A DNA stretch of 64,000 nt, from positions 496,001-560,000 of the forward strand of contig NW_025767080.1 in NCBI RefSeq assembly GCF_003918875.1. Reading direction: 5' to 3'. Positions 1 through 11,300 of this stretch are shown here, piece by piece (position 1 is the stretch's first letter; each line of letters begins with the position of its first letter). The translations under genes were made by a program, and so were the position numbers. This stretch comes from Haliotis rubra (Eukaryota). Below the pieces are notes generated by a model. That model searched no databases. It worked only from the letters and a program-made list of their open reading frames with translations, and was not told the origin of the DNA.

Positions 1-4
1 TCAG

Positions 5-197
5 ATAGACATTCTGGTGAACAATGCTGGCCGCTCACAGAGAGCTGAATGGGTGAAAACATCCGTTGACGTTGATCGTGAGATGCTGGAAACCAATGTC
101 CTGGGACCCTTATCACTGACTAAAGCTGTCCTTCCCGACATGATAGCTCGGAGGGACGGTCACATTGTGGTCATGAGTAGTGTTGCTGGCAAAGTGG
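5..197 (+). CDS. DHRS7: DHRS7-like SDR, copy A, internal exon (equivalent to coding exon 4; upstream exons lie outside the window)
   Basis: tcag| acceptor and |gtatgt donor. Translates IDILVNNAGRSQRA...HIVVMSSVAGKVG, containing the SDR NNAG motif and catalytic Ser. Nearly identical to 30078..30270. Confidence 0.93.
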
Positions 198-259
198 GTA
201 TGTGTGACTTGAGTTTTACACATTGATTTACAAAGTGTGTGCCTGTACATTTCTTTCAC

Positions 260-635
260 GAGGGCTGGGACAAGTAACCCGAATATCAGGGACAGGTGAG
301 TAATGAGTTGGACCCAATTACCCGTCTCAATACCCGGACCCGTTATGATCATGTGACTAATAGATTAAACAATGTTATATGTTATACTTTTATGATTAAA
401 AGGTTGTATTGACAATTTGTCTTTGAAGATTTAGACATAATTTATAGTCACTTCTTTTGAATATAATTCATGGTTAAGATATTGAAAAACTTGAAATTTT
501 AGCCTCCGAACTGAAGAATATATTGCAATTTCTTGCAAATTTGATGTCAGGAATTAACATAATGGGTATCCAGGTAGGGTAGGGTACTAGGGGATGGGGT
601 ACCCAGGAAGATAATTTGGACCCGTCCCAGCCCTA
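260..635. mobile_element. Non-autonomous hAT-like MITE in DHRS7-A intron
   Basis: Terminal inverted repeats agggctgggac...gtcccagccct. Flanking 8-mers tctttcac/tattacac match at 6/8, consistent with a decayed 8-bp TSD. Not seen in the shorter paralogous intron. Confidence 0.6.
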
Positions 636-1871
636 TATTACACTGAAGTCAGTTCTTATGAATGTCAACAGTTATAACTTCTGAGGCTGCTCAATTAATC
701 ACTATGGCACAAATAAAAGAAGATACAAAATCAATCAACAATATAGCACCAAGCAATAAGCCATCACTGCCTCAGCCAATCAGGAAAATCATAGGTGTTG
801 CTATACTTCTTTCCATGTGTATTCTTAACATTTATAGATTTCGACACCAGATAGCATGACAGTAGAACAGGTAACCCTCACTGCAGTCAGACTTAATGGT
901 CTGTTCATTACCAAAATAACATGGGAAAAGGTCAGCATGTCTTAACTCTCAGAAATGGGTCATCCTCTCATCAACAGGTGATGGGTGCCCAAACTGCCTG
1001 AGGCTGGGGTGTTACTCTGTGCAGTCAATGTCAAAACTTCATGTATATGTTTAATAACTAGGTCATTGCATTTGTCACATGTTGTGTTGGTCATTACTGT
1101 AATGGTAGTTCAGGATTTCAAATTAGATACAAGGTTAATTTGTTAAGAAGGCTAAATAGTAGTTGAGCCTTGCAATATCAATACTGCTGCTTCCTATTGT
1201 GTATGGACCCGAACAATACTTATTTCAGAAAGAAATAGGATTGGCCAACAGGCATAGAAACCTTAGTAAAGACCTCTCCTTTAAAAACTTACATCATAAA
1301 CAGGACAGTACAGCAATCCTGAAAATAAGTAAAATATACATATATCAAAAGTCTGCATTTGAATACAATGCAATTATTACAATATATTAAATTAACCTTG
1401 GAAATGGATGAGTCTCATTGGTTGGTCAATAAAGACAAGTATCGGGGAACAAGTGCCCATTCTGCCCTAGTCTGGGCTGTGACTGCCTAAATATGTTTTT
1501 TTATTTATTTTGGCATTACATTTGCTAGCTGTGGTGTTTCTGGCTTTACTGTATTGTTGATTCGGCATTCCAGAATAGACAGCCATGTTGATGTGGTTTG
1601 ATTGTTGAGAATGTCAAAGGTTTTCACCTTTGCAACAATAAATGTAGTTCAAGTTCTGTGTAAGATGAATGTCAAATTCTGCTTGAACCTATTATAAACA
1701 AATATGTAGTACTCCTGGAGTTGTAACATGACAAAAGTAACTCATACCTTAATCAAGGCAATGACCTCAACCAACTCCTTGCATCATAACCTTTTGTCTT
1801 TGCAGCTGATTGTATGATGTATTTTGTCTCTGACAATGTCTGAATCAAATGTCACAGATGTTTAATTGCAG

Positions 1872-1918
1872 GAGCTCCACTGTCTGGATCGTACACGGGG
1901 TCTAAACATGCGATCCAG
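1872..1918 (+). CDS. DHRS7: DHRS7-like copy A, exon 5 (catalytic YxxxK), GC donor
   Basis: ttgcag| acceptor. Translates (G)APLSGSYTGSKHAIQ. Followed by CAG|gcaagt. The 47-bp length keeps frame and equals paralogue exon 30537..30583. Confidence 0.9.
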
Positions 1919-2259
1919 GCAAGTCATAGTGTTTTTAAAGGTTTTACATTGTAACTTGTTGATTCCCAAGTTGAAACTTAATTTTAAAAGTTAACCAGGA
2001 ATCCGTCCTTGAAAGAATTATGTGTGACACCAACAAACCACCAAGAAATGTGCTGTTAACAATTGTGATCAAATTTTAACTAAGTTCACAAATCAATACA
2101 CAGATATCACTATGGCAGACCAAATTGAGTGGCAGTGTGTGCCACAAGTACAAGTTCAAATGTAATATTGAAGAGCAGTGATTGTGGCAGGAAAGACAAG
2201 GAGGGTAATATACACCTCTCACCAGCAGTATTACAGCTCTGAACAATATGGTTTAACAG

Positions 2260-2430
2260 TGAGTGAGTGAGTTAGTTGGGTTTATGCTGCTTTTAGTAAT
2301 ATTCCAGCAATATCATGGCAGGGGACACCAGAAATGGGTTTCACACATTGTACCCAGGTGGGGAATTAAACCCAGGCCTTCGGCGTGACGAGCAAACGCT
2401 TTAACCACTAGGCTACCCCATCGCCCCTAG
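2260..2430 (-). mobile_element. Full-length tRNA-derived SINE with (CTCA)n tail
   Basis: Minus strand reads GGGGCGATGGGGTAGCCTAGTGGTTAAAGCGTT...GGGTTTAATTCCCC (A and B boxes) and ends in ACTCACTCAC. Exact 10-bp TSD ggtttaacag at 2250-2259 and 2431-2440. Confidence 0.88.
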
Positions 2431-2987
2431 GGTTTAACAGAGAATATCAAGGGAATAATGATGATATACAGCGCTGGTCTTCTTGTGGCTTGTGATGTCA
2501 TGTGAGATGAGAAGCAGAATTTAACTCCCCTTATCTTAAGAATATTCTGATCTCAGGCAAATGATTCTGGAACAAGCTCACAGCTGCTTCCAGATCTTTC
2601 TGTCTAAATGTAGTACAAGTCTAAATATAGCACGCCACCACACCTCGCTGAATATCGCATGTACAATGTATTACATCTGGAGCATTGTTATACAATAGGT
2701 AACACTGCCATGTACCAAGATAATGAAACTACTAAAGTAATCTGAAATAACAAACCACTGACATATTACTAATAACCTAATATTCCTGTTCCGTGGTGTA
2801 AATGGTACGAGGGTTTGATCATGTATCATAGGGGAAAGAGGAATTGGTCGTCTGAGGACTGTATTATATTTTGCTGTCACCTCCTCCCCAAATTAATATA
2901 TGTATTTATGATTCCCACCTAGTAGGGGTTCATGGGATGTATTGTTTCGTTCAGAGAAGATGTCAACACAAGAGAAATGATGAGATA

Positions 2988-3084
2988 CTTAAGGAATACA
3001 GCTTGCTCTATCCCCATGTATAGATGTGAAGCTCCCCTTTGTTAAGGAATACAGCTCGCTCTATCCCCATGTATAGATGTGAAG
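2988..3084. repeat. Two-copy ~43-bp direct repeat
   Basis: ttaaggaatacagct(t/c)gctctatccccatgtatagatgtgaag occurs twice. Confidence 0.75.
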
Positions 3085-3793
3085 TGTTAAGAGCTGAGAC
3101 ATTTTATCCATCGGAAAGCATAAATATAATGTTTCCACCAGTGGTGTTAGCTTGGTGAAGCAACTGCAAACCAAGAAACGGGGGTGCTACGGAGTAGTTT
3201 ACCATAGGAGACTGTACCAAGCAGTGACAACTGACATGCATTGTGACGTCGGTTCCCAAGGGCATGTTTGATCATGAGGGGGGCAGACAAGAAAGGTGTA
3301 GTGACGTAATGCATAAAGTGTACTTTATCGCCTGATAAAGTACTGTCGGCACCTTTGATCTTTTAGCAAAGCATCTTAGAATCTAAAATATTAACATGAT
3401 ATTACAGATATACAACTACAATGATAAACGCCTACTTACTAAACTAGATTACCAAATCCAAACCTCCTTATGATAGCTATAGATGCTAAATAAACTTACC
3501 ACAATGAGTGGAGTGCAGTAATGGTCATACAGAGGGGAGGGGAAGCAGTGCGCAGAGAGACATGATGAAGTATTTAAGACTGAAGATCTGGCCCCAATGG
3601 TCACAAGCTTCAGAAACAATAGAAATGATCATCACTGATCAAGCCAGGTAGCTAACTCAAAGAACAACTTTACCTAGGGATCGATAGAGTGTGCTACAGT
3701 TTGTTTAAAGTGCTGCTATAAAATACTTACTCTGAAAGTCCAAATATTTACGTTCTACCAAATTATATACTTGGATGTAATTTCTGTACACAG

Positions 3794-3913
3794 GGCTGGT
3801 TTGAGTGTTTGTGGGTGGAACAGTATCCCAACAACATCAAAGTGACAATGGTCTGTCCTGGACCTGTCTTTTCCAACCTACTGGCTATTGCCATGACTGA
3901 GGAGAAAGGAAAG
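3794..3913 (+). CDS. DHRS7: DHRS7-like copy A, exon 6
   Basis: cacag| acceptor and |gtatga donor. Translates GWFECLWVEQYPNNIKVTMVCPGPVFSNLLAIAMTEEKGK (SDR V-x-x-V-CPG motif). Confidence 0.92.
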
Positions 3914-4316
3914 GTATGATGGTAAAGAGTGAAATATTCCAAAACAAGCTTTAGAAGGGATTGGTAGTGTGATCATAGTTTGTTTGAGAATTAACTCAAG
4001 CTGTCAAATTGTTGAATTGCTTTGTGCAAATAGATTTAGCTTTTGAAAAAAACAATAAGTGAAAGTAAATCTGTTCCAATATTGCACACTGCCCATTGGT
4101 CACCTTTGGCTTTTTTGTACATCTCCCTCTAGTTTCTTATCTGCTTTCATGACTGCTTGGAACCCTCATGGCTGCCTTTTGGTGAGGTTTTCAATTACTG
4201 GGTGGTGCTTCATGTATGTAAGAGGAAAAGGTGGTTTGGGTGCTGTGGGTCCCTGCTGCAGTACCACTCACACAATCACTTGCCCTACATGTTATAGATG
4301 GGTGTTCTCTAATCAG

Positions 4317-4483
4317 GTCGTGGGAGGTGAAATGAAAGCAGGGGAGAAGAGGATGGCGACGTCCCGGTGTGCCAGTCTCACAGCAGTCGCCATCGCCAAT
4401 CAGCTGGATGAGGTGTGGATTGCCCTCCACCCAGTACTGGCCTTCACCTACATGTTCCAGTACTTCCCATCCTTCGCAAGAAG
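4317..4483 (+). CDS. DHRS7: DHRS7-like copy A, exon 7
   Basis: aatcag| acceptor and |gtgagt donor. Translates VVGGEMKAGEKRMATSRCASLTAVAIANQLDEVWIALHPVLAFTYMFQYFPSFAR, resembling the DHRS7 M-x-T-x-RC...AN-x-L-x-EVWI segment. Confidence 0.92.
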
Positions 4484-4858
4484 GTGAGTCTCCATTTACT
4501 TCCTCCACATATATCTACCAGTATTTTCCTTCCTCCCTTCTCAAGAAGGTGTCCCTCATTTACTTCCTCCACATAATCTGCCAGTTTCTTTCTTCCTCTG
4601 CAAGAAGGTGAGCCTCCATTCACCTCTTCCACATACATCTCCCAGTTTCTTTCTTCCTCTGCAAGAAGGTGAGCCTCCATTCACCCCCTCCACATACATC
4701 TCCCAGTTTCTTTCTTCCTCTGCATGAGCGAGCCTCCATAAGCCACCTCCACCCCCACAAACATCTCCCAGTTTCTTCCTCTGCAAGATGGTGAGCCTCC
4801 ATTCACTTCCTCCACATACATCTCCCAGTTTCTTCCTCTGCAAGATGGTGAGCCTCCC
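4445..4858 (+). repeat. ~60-bp minisatellite whose first unit is the 3' end of DHRS7-A exon 7 plus its donor site
   Basis: Units of the form acatacatctcccagtttc(t)ttcttcctctgcaagaaggtgagcctccattcacttcctcc, about 7 copies. Homologous array at 33220..33565. Confidence 0.85.
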
Positions 4859-5387
4859 AGATTGTTCCACTCTTGGCAGAAATCGAGCTTGACTATTACT
4901 AACTGTGAATTAATACAACATTCACACAAAATAAGCTTTTAGACATGTTCTAATGCAGAGTATTACAGTTATGGAAAGTGTGTATTACAGTAACTTTGTA
5001 AGTCAACATGAAGCGGTAACCCCTGCAGAAAATGAAACCAGCCTTGCAAGGTTCATTTCATGTGAGATGCCTCTATTGTAACATCACACTACTCACTGGG
5101 ATGTAGAATATGTCACAGTTAGATGTGAGAAAGCACAAAAATAATAGCACTAATTTTCATCAAAACTTGCCATAGAGTCTATAAGTTGATTGGGTTTTTC
5201 AGTGTCTGCCAATAGATATTGCCAAACACTTTGAGTTTTGTAGACATACTCTTCAGTAATTATGAGCTTTTTATGACGACACAGCTGTCAATTAACATTT
5301 GTCTGAGGTAGTTAATATAATTTAAACCTCTGATTGACCAGCTAAAGTCATTTCCTAATACGTAGTTGAATGTGTTGTATTTTCCAG

Positions 5388-5442
5388 ACAGGCCTGTAAG
5401 ATAGGTCTCGCCAAATTAAAGAAGATGAGAGAGGGTCAATAG
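5388..5442 (+). CDS. DHRS7: DHRS7-like copy A, last coding exon
   Basis: tttccag| acceptor. Translates (R)QACKIGLAKLKKMREGQ-TAG. Same length and homologous to 33976..34030. Confidence 0.85.
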
Positions 5443-5748
5443 TGGATGATTTGAAAGCTATCATCCCTGTCCAGCTCTGACCAGCACAAGGCATTTCACC
5501 TTATACAATGCACTGACCAGCACAAGGCATTTCACCTTATACGATGCACTGACCACACGGTGGACATCTGTGAAGTTAATCGCTGAAACCATTCCAGTGA
5601 AATGTCCGAGATTTCTGAATGACTGTTAAAGAGACAATGTCTCTATTTATAGCTCTGTTTCTGAATCCTATCTATGATGGTGTGGTGATGATGGTTTTCT
5701 GTTCTCACATATCTAAACTGGATGTATGTACCATGTATAACTGCGTAA

Positions 5749-6625
5749 AGGCCCTGTCACATCTTGACGATTTAGCCAGCATATGTCGACATATCTAAAT
5801 CTCTCTAAAACAATGGTATTCATTGAAATATAGATGTTTTTTAAATGTTGGGTATATACATAGTGTATTCATAACAAGTTGGACATATGCATAACATATT
5901 AGTAATTTAGAATATTTTGATAACTTACAGAAAACTTATCCGACGAATGCTTAGCGTATTGTCAGCATTCACAACTTATGCCCAACGATAGTCTAACTTA
6001 TGCACAGAGCGCGGCAGCATATTGCCTACGATCACATGTAGTAACTTATAAAAAGGCTGCCGCTCGATGATTCAAATCCTAACCACACTAGACATTGCAG
6101 TATCAACATCACCGTATCAACATCACTGTCATGCCGAAGAAAACTTTGAAAAAAATGCTGCCAATATGCCATCATATGGTAGCTGTAAGTTAGAAACACA
6201 TACATTAAGTTCTGTGGTCGTCAGGAACATGTCAAATACGTCTATATACATCAATGTATGTTGGCGATAAGTCGATAAAAGTAACACAGACGTTTAAAGC
6301 ATGTTACTCATAGGTTAGAATAAGGTTTGGGTCGCTTGACATTATTTCAAAGTATTTTGACTAATGAGTAACTTACAAGTAACGTGTGTGAACATATGTC
6401 AACGCTCACAGAACTTGCCTACAACTTATGGCCCACGTATGCAGGACGTTGGCAGAAGTCGAAAATTTTGTGCATGCACAAAGTTTTCCGACGACCTTTG
6501 CTGTACTACAGCCAGCGTGCTTCAGCAGGCGTTTAACTTATACAAAACTTATCCATAACTTATTTGATGAACAACAGCGTACATTTTTCATAGGCTGGCT
6601 AAATCATCAAGTTGTGATGGGGCCT
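5749..6625. mobile_element. PIF/Harbinger-type MITE (877 bp) downstream of the DHRS7-A stop codon (putative 3' UTR)
   Basis: ~30-bp TIRs aggccctgtcacatcttgacgatttagccagc and gctggctaaatcatcaagttgtgatggggcct. TAA TSD at 5746-48 and 6626-28. The paralogue has the empty site ctgtaTAAccaagcttgttc near 34255. Confidence 0.88.
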
Positions 6626-8375
6626 TAATCAGCCTTGTTCCATCAAGTATATGACCGATGTCAGTACCTTCATTTGCAGAATCTGTCAAACTTTGGGCAC
6701 TGAAGTATAATGCTTCTCAAACAAGGGTGGAATAGGATTATGTGTCAGGTTTATTGTATCTGATTTATTAATGCTGAACAAATCCATACTCACTTACTCT
6801 CCCAATATTCGGACATGTTTCTATGAATTCATTGTTCACAATCACTTTCACAATGGAGTCTCTTCCTTTCACTGAATAGGTAAACTTGTAAATTTTGTCT
6901 TCTGGCTTTCTAGCACCAGTAAGTCCTCCAATATAATGATTCAGGTTCAGTTTGCTGTTAATGTGCATAGTGTTACATTTCATTACCTTTTTAATCAGAC
7001 TACTCAGATTTCATTCTCATCCAAATTGGAAGAATACTATATTCCGCTTTCTGAAGTGCTAGATGGTTAACAGTCACGTTGCTCGCTTATCCTACTGGGT
7101 ACCCATTTACTGCAAGGTGAGCAGAGCATGTTTCCAACAAAGTCTCTAGTTGTGGAGACAGCCATGCATCCACGTCTGTGTTTTACCCTTTAAACAGTTT
7201 TTATGTTGATTTGTGAGATAATCCTAGCTAATTCTATGTTTGATATCTTTATGTATCCTCTGTGTAACATGTATTGGGAGCAGCAGAGAGATGCACCTCA
7301 TGTAGCAAGTGCTTTATTGTTAGGCAGAACACACTGTGCCAGCAACAGTAATCCAACTGACTTTTGGACTTTCATCCTGCCCTCTCTACAAAACGCCTTC
7401 ATCACCTCAAACTGCTGCACTCTGTGTTCATATCCACTGACTTACACAAACACCTTCACCCATTAAGTATACGATTGAAACCTTTTAATAAGCCTCCCAT
7501 CTCACATTTTAATCATTTTAAATACATCAAAATCTGATAATTGATTGGATGTGTACAAATGTATATTTGTTAAATTGCATAAGCATAGGATTGAACATGC
7601 TCTGTGTAACCATAGATAATGTACACAGTGTTCCTGCTTAGCTGCATATTTGATTAATGTATGCAAAATAAATCATCATTACATAGTTTACTTTGAGTTG
7701 TTTGTGTACAATTGCATGAAAAGTCTATGAAACCCAAATCATAGCAACACTGCAGATTACTCCATAAATTCTTTTCTACTGGGATTGATATTTTTTTCAA
7801 CTCGGGTTCTTGCATTTCTTCCCAGATTTGTATTTACTGATCAAAAGGAGGTATGACACATACATAAGCCGCTTGTTTGATGGATAGACCTCCTGGGGTC
7901 TTGAGACAACACGAGGCTTGATGTCAACAAAGAATGGTAGTTTTATTCTTACAGCGTAACTTATGGGGCAGGGTGAACAACCTGCACACAACTTGCAAAA
8001 TCTGGCACAGGCTACCAGGGCAAGGTGGCAAAGTGATGCTGACGCTTGGGCAGTAGATAGCTGTACTGACTGGTCAGTTCATGCCATCAAGTCCATTCCA
8101 GTCTCTGGCGTGCTATTCTCGATGTCTGCCAACTCTCCTGTGACCTTGTCCTGCCTGTTTTTAAAGGCAGATGAACAACCAATAATCTGCATTAGTCAGC
8201 AGTTCTCACGGACATTTTCTGTGTAGGTCAGCAGTTCTCACGGACATACTCTGCTTTGCTTTCCATATTTTGACAAGCTTGACATATGTCCGACATGTGT
8301 GCACGACAGTGTTACAATAAGTTGAACATGATATAACTGATATTCTTTTGCTTGCCCTGAGGCAACCCCCACTCT

Positions 8376-11300
8376 GCCATGTTCGCTCCACCATGCACAA
8401 CTCCACAATCCTCCACTATACCATACTCCACTCAACCGTGACCACACCACCATGTTCCCCTCAACAAAGCTCAGCTCCACCACTCTCCACACCACCATAC
8501 TCCGCTTCACCCAGCTCCACTCCACCATGCTCCACACTACCACACTACCACATACCATGCACCATACTCCACTTTACCATACGCCTCTCCCCTCCACCAT
8601 GCTCCGCTCCACCATCCTCCACTCCACCATGCTTCACTTCACCATACTCAGCTCCACCATACTCCGCATAACCACATTCCACTCTACCATGCTCCACACT
8701 ACCATGCTCTACACCACCATGCTCCACACTACCATGCTCCACACCACCAAGCTCCACTCCACCATGCTCCACACCACCATGCTCCACACCACCATGCTCC
8801 ACTCCACCATGCTCCACACCACCATGCTCAACTCCACCATGTTCCACACCACCATGCTCAACTCCACCATGCTCCACACCACCATGCTCAACTCCACATT
8901 GCTCCACTCCACCATACTCCACACTACCATCCTCCGCTCCACCATACTCCACACTACCACCCTACGACATACCATGCACCACGCTCCACTTTACCATACG
9001 CCTCTCCCCTCCACCATGCTCCCCTCCACCATGCTTCACTCCACCATGCTATGTTCAACCACACTCCACTCCACCATGCCCCACACTACCACCATACCAC
9101 ATACAATGCACCACACTCCACTTTACCATACACCTCTCCCCTCCACCATGCTCCCCTCCACCATGCTTCACTCCACCATGCTTCACTCCACCATACTCCG
9201 ATCCACCATGCTTCACTCCACCATGCTCCACCACAATGCTCCATCTCCACCATGCTCCGCCTCCACCATGCTTCACTCCATGCCCATCCACCATGCCCCA
9301 CTCCAACCATGCTCTCCACACCACCATGCTCCACACCACCATGCTCCACACTCCACCATGCCCCACACCACCATGCTCCACTCCACCATGCTCCACACTA
9401 CCACCATACCACATACAATGCAACCACACTCCACTTTACCATACCATCCTCATGCCTCCACCACACTCCACCATGCTTACCTACCATGCTTCACTCCACC
9501 ATGCTCCACTCCACCATACTCCACTCCACCATGCTTCACTCCACCATGCCTTGCCTCCACCATGCCTCCACTCCACCATGCTCCACTCCACCATGCCTCC
9601 ACTCCACCATGCCCCACACCTCCACCATGCTCCACTCCACCATGCTCCACACTACCACTATACCACACATACCATGCACCACACTCCACTTCACTCCATA
9701 CGCCTCTCCCTCCACCATGCCCTGCTCCACCATGCTTCACTCCACCATGCTCCACTCCACCATGCCCTCCACCACACCACCATGCTCCATCCACCATGCC
9801 CCACTCCACCACACTCCACACTACCATGCTCCACACCACCATGCTCCACTCCACCATGCCCCACACTACCATGCTCCACTCCACCATACTCCACACTACC
9901 ACCATACCACATACAATGCACCACACTCCATTTTACCATACGCCCTCCCTCCACCATGCTTCTCCTCCTCCACCATGCCTCCCGGCCTCCACACCATGCT
10001 TCACTCCACCATGCCCACTCCACCACACTCCACTCCACCATGCTCCACACTCAACCATGCTTCACCCACCAGGCTCCATCCACCATGCCCTCGCTCAACC
10101 ACACTCCACACTTCCATGCTCCACACCACCATGCCCACTCCTCCACCATGCCCCACACTACCATGCTCCACTCCACCATGCTCCACACTACCACATGCTA
10201 CCACATACAATGCACCACACTCCACTTTACCATATGCCTCCCTCCACCATGCCTCCGCTCCACCATGCTTCCACTCCACCATGCTCCACTCCACCATGCC
10301 CACTCCACCATGCTTCCATCCACCATGCTCCAACTCCACCACCACTCACCACACTACCATGCTCAACCCACCACATGCTCCACTCCACCATGCTCCACTC
10401 CACCATGCTCCACCCTCCACCATGCTTCACCACCATGCTCCACTCCACCATACCTCCTCACTACCATGCTTCACTCATACCATGCCCACTCTTTTACCAT
10501 ACTCCACTCCACCACCATGGTCCGCTTCCACCATGCTTTACTTCCACCATGCACCCACTCCACCATACTCCACTCCACCATGCTTCCACTCCACCATGCC
10601 CGCCCTCCAACCACACCCACACCACCATGCTCCACTCCACCATGCTTCACTCCACCATGCTTCACTCCACCATGCTCAGCTCCACCCACACTCCACTCCA
10701 CCATGCTCCCTCCACCATGCTCCATACCACCATGCTCCACACACACAATGCCCTACTCCACCATGCTCCACACTACCATGCCCTGCTACCACCACCACCA
10801 TGCCCCACTCCACCATGCTACGCACTTCCACACCATGCCTCTGCTCCACCATGCTCCACACTACCATACTCCACACCACCATGCCCCACCCACCATGCTC
10901 CACACCACCATGCTGCCCACACCACCATGCTCAACTCCACCATGCCCACACTACCACCATACCACACCACAATGCACAACACCACCTTATCATACCCTCC
11001 ACCACTCCCCACTCCACCCATGCCCACACTACAATGCCCCTGGCTCCACCATGCTCCACACTACCACTACTACCACATACCATGCACCATACTCCACTTT
11101 ACCATACTTCTCCCCTCCACCATGCTCCTAACTCCACCATGCTCCACTCCACCATGCTTCACTTCACCATACTCCAGCTCCACCATACCCGCGATCCACC
11201 ACATTCCACGCTTCCACCATGCTCCACACTCACACCACCATGCTCTACACCACCATGCTCCACTCCACCATACTCCACACCACCATGCTCCACCCACCAT

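Noticed and set aside
2355-2427. tRNA-Asp gene (GTC anticodon-like loop on the minus strand)
   Set aside because: It continues into a conserved body and (CTCA)n tail with a TSD and has further copies in the window, so it is a SINE head.
7797-8226. Short ORFs upstream of the satellite as an extra gene
   Set aside because: No recognisable motif and no consistent splice-site chain.
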